Source: Dehalococcoidia bacterium (GTDB lineage: Bacteria > Chloroflexota > Dehalococcoidia > DSTF01 > JACRBR01). From it: a DNA stretch of 33,916 nucleotides. Every line of letters starts with the position of its first letter. The stretch's first letter is position 1. A model generated the notes under the pieces. That model did not search any database. It saw only the letters and a list, made by a program, of their open reading frames with translations, and was not told the DNA's origin. The stretch spans positions 1 through 33,916 of the forward strand of contig JBGQBE010000037.1 of assembly GCA_041494685.1 (NCBI GenBank). Reading direction: 5' to 3'. Of the stretch, positions 20,557 to 29,424 are shown piece after piece. The translations under genes were made by a program, and so were the position numbers.

Positions 20557-21003
20557 ATGTACGGGGAAACCGGACTGCTCGTGGATATCAAAGAGATCGA
20601 AACCGTCGTACAGGAAGCCGATGTCTTCGCCGCCGGCTTCCGCCTCTTCCCGGAGCGCCTGCTCATCGACACCCGCCACAACGACGACGAGATGCCCATG
20701 GTGGCGATCGTCGACCCCGTGGCGACCGTGCAGGAGCGCTTCTTCTGGCTTGGCCAGCACCGCCCGTCGCTCGGCATGCCCAGGACCTTTGAGTTCTTCT
20801 TCTGGCCGCACAGCGCGCGCTACCTCCAGGAGAGCGGCCTCTGGGAGGCCATCTGCGACCGCATCGTCGCCTCCGGCTTCAACGGCGCCCGCGAGACCTG
20901 CGACGAAGCGCTGCGCGACCTCATCGAGCGCGAGCGCCGCGCCACGGTCGAGGCGATCCGCGGCACGCACTACCAGACGCTCTGGAGCGCCCGCGAGGTC
21001 TGA
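20557..21003 (+). CDS. Conserved-looking hypothetical protein (148 aa)
   Basis: GAGAGG RBS, host-like codon use, globular composition; family not recognised. Confidence 0.8.
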   Translation: MYGETGLLVDIKEIETVVQEADVFAAGFRLFPERLLIDTRHNDDEMPMVAIVDPVATVQERFFWLGQHRPSLGMPRTFEFFFWPHSARYLQESGLWEAICDRIVASGFNGARETCDEALRDLIERERRATVEAIRGTHYQTLWSAREV

Positions 21004-21033
21004 TCACCAGGCGCGCGCAATCCGCCACTCCCG

Positions 21034-21075
21034 AACGCCGTAGGGACAGGTCTGAGGACCTGTCCCTACGGCGTT
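21034..21075. repeat. GTAG-type REP-like palindrome, copy 1
   Basis: aacgccgtagggacaggtc-tgag-gacctgtccctacggcgtt perfect 19-bp stem. Confidence 0.8.
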
Positions 21076-21102
21076 ACGTCGCCTGTACTCCCCGGTCCCC
21101 GC

Positions 21103-21129
21103 CGCCCGCCGCTTACGGCGGGCGTCTTT
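21103..21129 (+). terminator. Intrinsic terminator-like hairpin
   Basis: cgcccgccg-ctta-cggcgggcg followed by tcttt. Confidence 0.55.
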
Positions 21130-21176
21130 GATCTTGCCGTCGCCGCGGGTACGCTGCCGGCACGAAGGAGGTGCGC

Positions 21177-21818
21177 ATGGCGCAGCCGATGGTGCTGGAG
21201 CAGATCGAAGACTACGCGGCGCGGCACACCACGCCGCTGCCGGAACTCCTGCGCGAGCAGGTCGCCGAGACCGAGCGCGAGTTCGGCGGCCTCATCTCTA
21301 TGGTCTCCGGCCAGGTCGTCGGCATGACGCTGCAGACGCTGGTCTACGCCCTCGGCGCGAAGCGCGTGCTGGAGATCGGCATGTTCACCGGCGTCAGCGC
21401 CCAGATGATGGCCGCCGCGCTGCCCGACGACGGCCGCCTCGTCACCTGCGACGTCTACCCGAAGGCGATCGAGTTCGCGAAGCGCTACTTCGCGCGCAGC
21501 CCGCACGGCCACAAGATCGAGGTGCGCGAAGGGCCGGCGCTGGAGACGATGAAGACGCTGGTGCCGGGCTTCGACTTCGTCTTCATCGACGCCGACAAGT
21601 CCAACTACCTCAACTACTACGAGGCGGCGCTGCCGCTGCTCGCGCCGCGCGGCATCATCGCCGTCGACAACGTGCTGTGGAGCGGCAACGTGCTGGACCC
21701 GAAGGACGACGACAGCCGCGCCATCGTGGCGTTCAACGCCCACGTCCAGGCCGACCCGCGCGTCGTCAACGTCCTCCTCACCGTCCGCGACGGCCTGCTG
21801 CTCATCCGCCGCGCGTGA
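21177..21818 (+). CDS. SAM-dependent O-methyltransferase (COMT/CCoAOMT-like)
   Basis: AAGGAGG RBS; RVLEIGMFTGVSA, FDFVFIDADKSNY, IAVDNVLWSG, VRDGLL. Confidence 0.93.
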   Translation: MAQPMVLEQIEDYAARHTTPLPELLREQVAETEREFGGLISMVSGQVVGMTLQTLVYALGAKRVLEIGMFTGVSAQMMAAALPDDGRLVTCDVYPKAIEFAKRYFARSPHGHKIEVREGPALETMKTLVPGFDFVFIDADKSNYLNYYEAALPLLAPRGIIAVDNVLWSGNVLDPKDDDSRAIVAFNAHVQADPRVVNVLLTVRDGLLLIRRA

Positions 21819-21827
21819 CCCCAACGC

Positions 21828-21870
21828 GAACGCTGTAGGGACAGGTCTGAAAGACCGGTCTGCCCACAGG
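21828..21870. repeat. GTAG-type REP-like element, copy 2 (degenerate)
   Basis: gaacgctgtagggacaggtctgaaagacc matches copy 1 gaacgccgtagggacaggtctgaggacc. Confidence 0.7.
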
Positions 21871-21947
21871 GCCCGGCCCGCCCGCTCCCGCCTCCTCCGC
21901 ACCTGATCGCGCCGCGGCTCGCTCTCCGCCGCTGGACCGATTCCGTG

Positions 21948-23705
21948 TCAGCCGAAGCGCATGCCAAACAAGCCGCCGTCTACCGTCGCGTCCGTTAGGC
22001 GCACCGGCAGGACGTGCTCGCCAAGCTCAAAGGCGTCTCGAAATTCGTCAGGCAGCACGTCGGAGTTCATCGTCACGACGTATTGGAAGCCTCGCGCTTC
22101 GGCTTCTCTAGCGCCGACGGCGAATGCGGTAGCGACTTGGCGGGAATCAACTCCGTCAAACAAGTGACTATCATGCACGAGGAACCCAGGCCCGCCATGC
22201 CGGTCCGAAATCATTCTCATCAACATCATGTCGAAACAGAACACCTGCATGTTGCTGATACCGTGGCTCTGCGATCCGTGGATAGACACTTGCAGTTCAG
22301 GACCATTTCTCGTCGGATTGAGGGTGAGGCTACCGGCTTCCTCGTAGAGGTCAGCAGAGACTTCCTGAAAGCTAACGATCGCTTTTCGCACGACGCCATC
22401 CTGCTCGTCGTAGTCCTCGCGCAGCCTCAGCAACAGCTGGTTCCGCTCGATATCGAGTCCAGTCTTCTCGCTCTCTAGACGTTCTGCGGTGCGATGGCGT
22501 TCCCTCAGTGCTTCTGCTTGGCTCTCCGCACGCGACAGTTCCTGTTGGATTCCGGCGAATTGCTCGAGTGCGCCACCCGACTGAAGAATGGACATGATCT
22601 CGCGGCTTCGTCGGCCTATGGATTGCTTCTCGATGTCTCGTGCAGAAATACGAGCTTGAGCGGCGTCGAGTTCGCCGGATAGATAGGAGCGACGGTTATC
22701 GACGACCGATCGATGAAATTGCTGCACCTCTTCGAACCGACGGAGCGCCGTGTCGGGAAGAGTGATACCGACCTCATCAAAGAGTCGGCCAAGGTCGTTG
22801 TCCCGCGGAGGTGCCTCGGCCTCGACCGACTTTTCGAGATCAGAGACAAATTGGCGATCGAGAGTGTTGTCGTCAGACAACTCGCGGAGGCGCGTGGCCA
22901 ACTGGGCACCTTCGATCTCGAGCTCTCGGTATTGCGGTACCACTTGAAACGTCCGAACTTGGTCACCGAGTCGCTTGGAATGCTCCTCAGCGAGAGCCAC
23001 TTGGGTTCTGAGTTCAGCGGCGCTGCCTATGATTGAGCCGAAGCCGCCCTGCTTTGCTGCGCTCCGTAATTGGCCGAGCGCCTTTTCTCTGTCGCGCACC
23101 AGTTGCCATTGTTGCGGAATCGTCCAGTCGAGCCCCAAGAGGTAGGACAGAGCTACCTGTTGATCCCATAGCTGCTGCTGCTCGTACTGCTTGAAAGGAG
23201 AGGCGAATGCACCATCGGATTGCCGTCGAGCGAAATACGAGAATAGAGATCTAAATGTCGCAGAGAACTTCTGCGCGGTGTGCTGCCGGTCCAAACGGAA
23301 CATGAGTTGACCAAGAACGTCCTTCCACTCGGTATTTGAGAGTGAGAGTTCGTTCGAACCTTGGCTGCTCTTTGGCTGCACTGGCCACGACGCGGTCTCG
23401 CCCGACGATACGGCGACCCTGTTCGGCCGCCCGCCAGAGCGCTCAACGGTGACCCTGCTACCACCGAGATCGAACTCGATACCAAACCGGTATGGGCTAA
23501 GTTGCTCATTGCGGAAGATTGAGCCCGGGTCAGCGTTTCCTCCCATGAGGAAGTGGATGAGCTCCACGAAGCTGGTCTTACCGGAGCCGTTCCGTGTTTG
23601 CCGCTCGGTCGCGCCGGGCGCGCGATCTGCGACCAGAATGTTGAGCCCACTACGCAGCTCAAGGTTCTTGAAACTGGGCAGGTCGCTAAATATTCGATGG
23701 ATCAT
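21948..23705 (-). CDS. Lamassu/ABC-three-component SMC-like ABC ATPase (LmuB-like, DUF2326-type C-terminus)
   Basis: N-terminal Walker A RNGSGKTS, central coiled coil, [13 protein letters not shown], Walker [21 protein letters not shown]. Confidence 0.88.
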   Translation of the reverse strand: MIHRIFSDLPSFKNLELRSGLNILVADRAPGATERQTRNGSGKTSFVELIHFLMGGNADPGSIFRNEQLSPYRFGIEFDLGGSRVTVERSGGRPNRVAVSSGETASWPVQPKSSQGSNELSLSNTEWKDVLGQLMFRLDRQHTAQKFSATFRSLFSYFARRQSDGAFASPFKQYEQQQLWDQQVALSYLLGLDWTIPQQWQLVRDREKALGQLRSAAKQGGFGSIIGSAAELRTQVALAEEHSKRLGDQVRTFQVVPQYRELEIEGAQLATRLRELSDDNTLDRQFVSDLEKSVEAEAPPRDNDLGRLFDEVGITLPDTALRRFEEVQQFHRSVVDNRRSYLSGELDAAQARISARDIEKQSIGRRSREIMSILQSGGALEQFAGIQQELSRAESQAEALRERHRTAERLESEKTGLDIERNQLLLRLREDYDEQDGVVRKAIVSFQEVSADLYEEAGSLTLNPTRNGPELQVSIHGSQSHGISNMQVFCFDMMLMRMISDRHGGPGFLVHDSHLFDGVDSRQVATAFAVGAREAEARGFQYVVTMNSDVLPDEFRDAFELGEHVLPVRLTDATVDGGLFGMRFG

Positions 23706-23946
23706 CGCGCCTAGTCAATCGCCCGGAAGTGTACTCAATCGCACTGACGGCATATAGGAAGTCGAGTGCCAAGACGAACCAGTCGAAGGTGATCGGAGTT
23801 CGACCACTCAATCCAGTCCTGCGTTCCCGTTGCGTTTCGCTCCAGAGCCTCGAGACAGTCTTCGGCTGGTCTAGCAGGCGTAACAGTTGGGCCGCGACTC
23901 CTAAGATCGACGTGTCCGCGCTGAGCCTCTTCGTCGGAAGTATCAC
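23686..23946 (-). CDS. ABC-three-component middle component (LmuC-like, 86 aa)
   Basis: MILPTK...TVSRLW...[14 protein letters not shown]; overlaps both neighbours. Confidence 0.85.
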   Translation of the reverse strand: MILPTKRLSADTSILGVAAQLLRLLDQPKTVSRLWSETQRERRTGLSGRTPITFDWFVLALDFLYAVSAIEYTSGRLTRRDDPSNI

Positions 23947-24866
23947 GTGCCCTCTGCTGGGCGTTCAAAGATGTCGCACTGCTCAAAGAGATGTGCGATC
24001 ACGGCCAAGACCGCCGCTTCGTGCCTCGGCGTGCCCCGCATGCCTCCTCCCGCAAAGGCCTGAAGGTCCGCGAAGATCTCATCCGGACCCATACCCGCTT
24101 CCCGTAAGCGAACATACTCAGCACGAAACGCCATGGCTACGCGATCTCCGAGCAGGGGGTCGTGCCACCGCTGGAAGAAGTCTTCGACCAGGTTCGCGCG
24201 GGTCATGTCGAGCCGAAGCAGTGCGGCCACGTCCTCCGACAGGGCGTTCGCCGCGAGTTTACGTGCCGGTACCGGACGCATGTCGGAATCGTCCGTCGGT
24301 TGAGCGTGAGCGATCGTCCCGGTAACGACTTGGATTTCGTCAAACCCGACGGACAGCATCGCGCGCTGTGACGGCGCCGGGCCAAACACCATCTCAAGTT
24401 CGGCGATCCCTAGCGCAGACACCTCTGTCCAGAGCTCCGCGAAGCCGAAGTGCCCGACGGCTACGTCGGTAGACTCGCCGTCCAATTCCAAGAGCTTCTT
24501 CGTGATCGGCGGCGAGAGCCCTTCGCGCGAGTTGTGTACGAAGCTCCAACAGTCAAAATGCTCCGCCCAGTATGGTAAGCACTCGTGAAAGTCTTCATCG
24601 ATCTTCTTGATGGCGGTCGCGGCGTCCATGTCGTTCGGCGCGTACACTTGGAAGATGACGCGCTTGGATCTCAGATAGCCATCGTTCTTGCGGTCTCCCT
24701 CGCGGCCCCATGGGCGTACACGAACGAAGTCCGACGGATAGCGCAGCTCCATGATCTCGCAGAAGAGATTCTGAAATTCCGAGCCGCGTTTCTTATGAAA
24801 GTCCCGCTCAAACACTACGTCGTAGTAGGCGCGCGATGGGTCGCGAGTGCCGAGATCGCTCGTCAA
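23943..24866 (-). CDS. ABC-three-component effector (LmuA-like): restriction-endonuclease-fold N-domain plus system-specific CTD
   Basis: GGAGG before TTG; EFQNLF...GDRKNDGY...FQVYAP; C-terminal RKLAANAL...HLFEQCDIFE typical of ABC-3C CTDs. Confidence 0.8.
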   Translation of the reverse strand: MTSDLGTRDPSRAYYDVVFERDFHKKRGSEFQNLFCEIMELRYPSDFVRVRPWGREGDRKNDGYLRSKRVIFQVYAPNDMDAATAIKKIDEDFHECLPYWAEHFDCWSFVHNSREGLSPPITKKLLELDGESTDVAVGHFGFAELWTEVSALGIAELEMVFGPAPSQRAMLSVGFDEIQVVTGTIAHAQPTDDSDMRPVPARKLAANALSEDVAALLRLDMTRANLVEDFFQRWHDPLLGDRVAMAFRAEYVRLREAGMGPDEIFADLQAFAGGGMRGTPRHEAAVLAVIAHLFEQCDIFERPAEGT

Positions 24867-24927
24867 TGATCCTCCGCATCTCCGCTGCGCAAGGTTACCA
24901 CGCGAGGCAGTCGCCCGCCCCCCCCAC

Positions 24928-26280
24928 TCACCCGTCCAACACCCCCGCCTCCCGCTGCTCCTCGATCCACCGCCGGAACTCCCCCTCCGGGTCCTCCACC
25001 CCCAGCTCGTCCGCCGCGCGGCGCCGGCTGTGGATGCCCGCGCCCACCAGCGCCCGCTCGTCGTCGACCAGCCGGCTGCGGTCCAGCGGCAGCACGCTGC
25101 CCCACACCACGCGCGAGCGATACGGCGAGTAGCCCACGCGCGGCTGCGCGTACTGCTCCAGGATCCGCAGGATCATCTCGTTGCGCCGCCGGTACGCCGC
25201 CGCGCGGATCAGCCGCTTCCGCTGCACCTTCTTCAGCAGCGGGTCCAGCTCCACGTTCAGCGCCACGCCCGACAGCCCGGAGCGGTTGTCGCCGAACGCC
25301 GTCCGCGGCGACTCGCCCAGGTCGTGCAGCGCCCGGTAGATCAGGTCCACGTAGTCGGCGTGCAGCTTGACGCCGCCGCCCTGCAGCAGGTCCAGCAGGT
25401 AGGCGCGCGCCCGCTCCGGCAGCTCCCACACCGCGCCCGGCATCACCGCGATGTCCGTCGACTCGCTGACGTTCTCCAGCACGGCGATCGGGTTGCCGCT
25501 CAGCTCCAGGATCATCGAGAGCTGCGTCAGCGCCCGGTTCAGCTCGCGCACCGGCTCCTTGATCGCCGGCAGGTCCGAGACGCCCCAGAACTGCTTCGGT
25601 TCGCGGATGTTCGGGTAGATGACGAACGGGATGAAGCCGTACGGATTGTCGCGCTCGTCGATGCGCGTCCCGTCCGCCCACAGCTCGAACCGCTCCGCCG
25701 TCCACACCTCCACGATCTCGACCGCCGCCGCCTGCGTGCCGGCGCGGGCGCGCGCGCCCTTCGGCGTCACGCCGTACATCGTCCGCGCGGACTCCGCGTC
25801 GAGGCTGTAGCGGCTCGCGACGCGCCACACCCGCGACACGTCGTCGCCGCACCACCACGCGAAGATCCCCTGCACGTCCGGCGCGGTGACGCGCACGCGC
25901 TGCTCCGCCGCGTCCCACGTCACCTTGTACGCGCCGTCGCCCAGGATCGCCGCGTCGATCTCCGTGTCGAAGTCGAGCTGGTCGAGCTGGTTGGCGTCGT
26001 ACACCAGCGCCAGCGTCTGCTCGGCCGCGCGAGCGCTCGCCGCGGCCTCGGCCGTGTCGTCCGCCGGGTCCACGGCGAAGTTCAGGCCGGAGACCAGGTA
26101 CGACGTCGTCTTGTCGATGATCGTCTTCGCGTAGTTGAAGACGAGGCGGCGGTTCTTCTGCCGCAGCATCGACGCCGGCCACTGGTCGCCGCCGTAGAAC
26201 GCCAGGTGCTCGCCGTAGCGGCGCAGCCGCGCCGCGTCCATCTGCCGGATCTGCTGCGGGATCGTCTGTGTGGCGGTCAT
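24928..26280 (-). CDS. Phage portal protein, SPP1 gp6-like (450 aa)
   Basis: FYGGDQW, LVFNYAKTIIDKTTSYL, NPYGFIPFVIYPN, GVSDL, SGVAL; GAAGGAG RBS; ATGA overlap; downstream of terminase. Confidence 0.85.
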   Translation of the reverse strand: MTATQTIPQQIRQMDAARLRRYGEHLAFYGGDQWPASMLRQKNRRLVFNYAKTIIDKTTSYLVSGLNFAVDPADDTAEAAASARAAEQTLALVYDANQLDQLDFDTEIDAAILGDGAYKVTWDAAEQRVRVTAPDVQGIFAWWCGDDVSRVWRVASRYSLDAESARTMYGVTPKGARARAGTQAAAVEIVEVWTAERFELWADGTRIDERDNPYGFIPFVIYPNIREPKQFWGVSDLPAIKEPVRELNRALTQLSMILELSGNPIAVLENVSESTDIAVMPGAVWELPERARAYLLDLLQGGGVKLHADYVDLIYRALHDLGESPRTAFGDNRSGLSGVALNVELDPLLKKVQRKRLIRAAAYRRRNEMILRILEQYAQPRVGYSPYRSRVVWGSVLPLDRSRLVDDERALVGAGIHSRRRAADELGVEDPEGEFRRWIEEQREAGVLDG

Positions 26281-26660
26281 GTGCGTGCTCCTTCCCGTTG
26301 CGCGCCTGCCAGCGAGGCGCCCTGCTCGTTGAGAATGCGGAAGATGCTGCGTCGCGTCAGCCCGTACGTGTCCGCGAGCAGCCCGATCGGCGCCCGGTAG
26401 CGATGCCGCAGCAGCGCGATCTCGCGGTCGCGCGACGCCGCGCCCGGGTTGCGCGGCCGCCGCGGCTCGTCGAACTTGCAGCGCTCCAGCGGGCAGCCCA
26501 GGCAACTCGGCGAGGCCTCGCAGCCGGTATCGCGGTAGTCGGCGTGCTCCGGCAGCGTGTCGCGCCGCACCAGCGCCAGCGGCTGCGTGCGCGGCGGCAG
26601 CAGCCGCAGGCGCGTCCGCCTGCCGCGCGGCGGTACATCGTCGTATCGCAGTGCCACCAT
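26277..26660 (-). CDS. Cys4-cluster plus Mor-like HTH putative transcription regulator (127 aa)
   Basis: C-x5-C-x2-C-x4-C (GCEASPSCLGCPLERC) then RDREIALLR...LADTYGLTRRSIFRIL; GGAGGAGG RBS. Confidence 0.7.
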   Translation of the reverse strand: MVALRYDDVPPRGRRTRLRLLPPRTQPLALVRRDTLPEHADYRDTGCEASPSCLGCPLERCKFDEPRRPRNPGAASRDREIALLRHRYRAPIGLLADTYGLTRRSIFRILNEQGASLAGAQREGART

Positions 26661-26699
26661 CTGGTCCTCCTCCCCGCCCTGCCCCTCTCCGCTGCCGCG

Positions 26700-28124
26700 C
26701 TACGCCTCGCGCACGCGGCCGGTCGCGGCGCGCCGCTGCCGCGCCGCCGATGCGCGCACGAGCAGCGCCGCGCTCACCAGGTAGTCGTCGTGCCCCTCCG
26801 CCGGGTCGACGTAGAAGTTCATCGTCGAGTTGGCGCGGTACGTGTGCCGTGCGCGCTCCGCCTGCCGCCAGAACTCCCCGTGCTCCGGCGACTCGTCGCC
26901 GCGGTACGCCTTCAGCCGGCCGCCGTTCACCGCCGCCAGCAGTCCGAAGCCCAGCTGCGACTTGCTCTCCGCCGTGAACTTCACGGCGTCCACGCGCGAG
27001 CCGCCGAGCGCCGCCGCCAGCAGCCGCGCCGCCGTCTCCCCGAGCCCCGTCGCGTCCACGCCGACGCGGTGCACGCGCCACACGTTGCGCAGCAGGTCGA
27101 TGAGCTGCGGCAGCAGCGTCTCGTGCGGCACGCCGGTCCACGCGTAGTGCTCGATGATCTCGACGCGCGGCTCCGCGACCAGCGCGCCCGTCGGCGGGTA
27201 CACCAGCCGTCCGACCGTCAGCACCGTCGCGTCGTGCCCCGCGCCCGACGCCGCCTCTGCCCCCGTCGGCGCGTCCGCGTCGCCGCCCGCAAGATCCAGC
27301 CCGGCGGCGTAGTCTTCGCCCGCGACGGGCGCGCGCAGCCGCTCGTGCGCCCCGGCGAGCTGCGCCCGCTGCGCGGCGGTGAACAGCCGTCCGCCGCCGG
27401 CGATCGGCTGCAGGCAGTACTGCGTCAGGAAGAGCGGGTGCGTGTCGCCCAGGCGCCGCCGCTCCGACTCCACGTACGCCGCGTAGGCCGGATTGTGCCG
27501 CGCCACCACCTGCCAGTCGTACTCGAAGTGGCGGCGCACGCCGTCGCGGCGCTCCGCCTCCAGGTTCGCCTGCTTCGCGCGTTCCAGCAGCGTCGTCTCG
27601 TCCCACGCCGTGCCGTAGTAGACGGTCGTCGCGTTCGCCGTCGCCGCCATCGGCCGGAACTCGCGGTCGAACTTGTCGATGTCGACGTCCTGCGCCTCGT
27701 CCACCTCCAGCAGCAGCGACGCCGTGTGCCCCACGACGTGCGCGCCGCGCTCCGCCGAGAGGAACAGCACCCGCGCCTGCCCCGCGACGATCGCGTTCGG
27801 TTCACGCCGCGCGATCGGCCCCAGCCCCGCCTGGCCCAGCCGCAACCACAGCCGCCGCATGCTCATCGCCAGCTGCGGCTGGAACGTCGGCGCGCACTTG
27901 ATCGCGTCCGACGCGGCGCCGCGGCGAGAAGCCGCCGCCAGCAGCAGCGTCTCCACCTGCGCCGACAGCTCGTTCTTCCCGCCCTGCCGCGCGATCTCGA
28001 TCGTGATCGTGTGCCCCAGCCCCTCGCGCACCGAGCGCAGGATCGCCCGCCCCGCCTCGCGCTGGTACGGGCGCAGGACGGGCAGCGAGGCGGGCCCGCG
28101 GCGTCGCACTGTCGCCGTACTCAT
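26700..28124 (-). CDS. Terminase large subunit (474 aa)
   Basis: Q-motif LRPYQ, Walker A ARQGGKN, Walker B LLEVDEAQD, coupling YYGTAW, RNase H-fold nuclease GLDLA / VDATGLG / GHDD; ATGA overlap. Confidence 0.88.
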   Translation of the reverse strand: MSTATVRRRGPASLPVLRPYQREAGRAILRSVREGLGHTITIEIARQGGKNELSAQVETLLLAAASRRGAASDAIKCAPTFQPQLAMSMRRLWLRLGQAGLGPIARREPNAIVAGQARVLFLSAERGAHVVGHTASLLLEVDEAQDVDIDKFDREFRPMAATANATTVYYGTAWDETTLLERAKQANLEAERRDGVRRHFEYDWQVVARHNPAYAAYVESERRRLGDTHPLFLTQYCLQPIAGGGRLFTAAQRAQLAGAHERLRAPVAGEDYAAGLDLAGGDADAPTGAEAASGAGHDATVLTVGRLVYPPTGALVAEPRVEIIEHYAWTGVPHETLLPQLIDLLRNVWRVHRVGVDATGLGETAARLLAAALGGSRVDAVKFTAESKSQLGFGLLAAVNGGRLKAYRGDESPEHGEFWRQAERARHTYRANSTMNFYVDPAEGHDDYLVSAALLVRASAARQRRAATGRVREA

Positions 28125-28405
28125 GCCGTCAGCCTCAGCACCAGCTGCGTCACCACCGCGCCCGCGACCACGAACAGCAGCCCGTTGATCCGTGTCCGCA
28201 CCTCCGCCACGTCCCGCTCCAGCGCCCGCAGCCGCTCCGCCACCAGCATCCGGAACGCCGGCGCGCTCATCGACTCGATCGGCTCCGCGTCCGCCGCGCG
28301 TGCCCGCCGCATCCGACGCCCGAAGCGCGCCAGCGCGCGCGACAGCGCGTCGTCCGGCGGCGTCTCGGCGCTCGTCTGTGTGTGCTGCGGCCCTTCCTGC
28401 GTCAT
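28121..28405 (-). CDS. Coiled-coil plus C-terminal TM protein (XhlA/holin-like architecture, 94 aa)
   Basis: GAGGAG RBS; ERLRALERDVAEVRTRIN then GLLFVVAGAVVTQLVL. Confidence 0.65.
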   Translation of the reverse strand: MTQEGPQHTQTSAETPPDDALSRALARFGRRMRRARAADAEPIESMSAPAFRMLVAERLRALERDVAEVRTRINGLLFVVAGAVVTQLVLRLTA

Positions 28406-28416
28406 GCCCACGCTCC

Positions 28417-28752
28417 TCACACGTCGTCGCCATTGTCGGACGCGCCGAACAGCGACTCCGCCACGCGCTCCAGCGCGCCCCCAACGCTCTCGCCGAGCTC
28501 CTGCGCCTGCCGCGGACTCATCCGGTAGCGCGCCCGCGCCGTCCGCACGATCAGCCCGACGCCCTTGAACATCAGCTCGAAGTCGTTCGGGTTCTCGCGC
28601 AGGTGGCGGTCCAGCCGCGTCCGCAGCAGCGCCAGCTCCGCGTCCACGTTCTCCAGCGCCGCCGCCTCCGCCATCTCCGTCGCCTTGTCGATGGCGCGCG
28701 AGTAGAAGTTGGCCGCGCGTGCGTGCGCCCGCCGCTCATCGTCCCTGCGCAT
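28417..28752 (-). CDS. Helical protein (111 aa), candidate terminase small subunit
   Basis: GGAGG RBS; NFYSRAI...VDAELALLRTRL; size, helicity and position upstream of TerL. Function is inference. Confidence 0.55.
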   Translation of the reverse strand: MRRDDERRAHARAANFYSRAIDKATEMAEAAALENVDAELALLRTRLDRHLRENPNDFELMFKGVGLIVRTARARYRMSPRQAQELGESVGGALERVAESLFGASDNGDDV

Positions 28753-28918
28753 CGCCGTCCGCCTCCGTCTCCGGCCGCGACAGCAGCGCCAGCACGTCGT
28801 CGATCGTGCCCGGCGGCAGCGTCCGCGCCGCCATCGCCACCCCCAGCAGCAGCCGCAGCGCCACCCGCTCCATCTCGCCCCGCCGGATCGCCGACCGCAT
28901 CGCCGCCTCGCCCGTCAT
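28736..28918 (-). CDS. Small hypothetical protein (60 aa)
   Basis: GGAGGG RBS, ATGA overlap with upstream gene; MTGEAAMRSAIRRGEMERVALRLLLGV... Confidence 0.6.
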   Translation of the reverse strand: MTGEAAMRSAIRRGEMERVALRLLLGVAMAARTLPPGTIDDVLALLSRPETEADGDAQGR

Positions 28919-29238
28919 CGCACCCTCCGCAGGATCAGCATCGAGAGCAGCAGCGTGCCCGCCAGCAGCGTCGCGCGCGATGCCAGCCACGGCGCGGTCG
29001 CGAAGTACGGCGCCGTGTCCGCGCCCAGGCGGTGCGCCGCGTAGAGCGTCTGCGCGAACGCCGCCTGCACGGCGATGCCCGCGTTCAGCGTCGCCAGCAC
29101 GGCGGCCGCCAGGCGCAGGCCGCGCTGCTCGCTGCGCAGCCAGTGGCCCGCGAGCCAGGCGGCGTTGAACGCGGCCGCGACGGCCGTCGTCGCGTCGGCG
29201 GCGAAGATCAGTGAAGGTCCGGCGTCCACGCGTCGCAT
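28915..29238 (-). CDS. Small membrane protein with about 3 TM helices (107 aa), first gene of packaging operon
   Basis: GGAGAAAGG RBS; three hydrophobic stretches; basic C-terminus RRVR. Confidence 0.7.
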   Translation of the reverse strand: MRRVDAGPSLIFAADATTAVAAAFNAAWLAGHWLRSEQRGLRLAAAVLATLNAGIAVQAAFAQTLYAAHRLGADTAPYFATAPWLASRATLLAGTLLLSMLILRRVR

Positions 29239-29285
29239 GCCTTTCTCCGTAAAGGGTGGGCGGGGTGGAGAACGTCCTGGCCGGT

Positions 29286-29315
29286 ATACTAGAACAAACG
29301 TTCTATTGGAGTCAA
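29286..29315 (-). promoter_or_regulatory. sigma70-type promoter with LexA (SOS) box in spacer
   Basis: Minus strand TTGACT-N18-TAGTAT; palindrome TAGAAC-AAAC-GTTCTA at 29290-29305 matches the GAAC-N4-GTTC box of Firmicutes/Actinobacteria/Chloroflexota LexA. Confidence 0.85.
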
Positions 29316-29424
29316 GCCCCGCATGTCACATCCGCCGTTGTTGCGCCGTGGACGGCGCTCAGCGCGCAGGGGGGGATTGACGGGTCAAGAGCACTGGTAT
29401 ATATCCTTAGTAGATCGGAGTTGC

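Noticed and set aside
26277..26660. WhiB-family assignment
   Set aside because: Cys spacing differs and the G[VI]WGG turn is absent.
24928..28484. 892-aa (24928-27606) and 594-aa (26700-28484) ORFs as annotated in the track
   Set aside because: The N-terminal extensions are off-frame read-through over other genes; RBS and ATGA overlaps place starts at 26280 and 28124.
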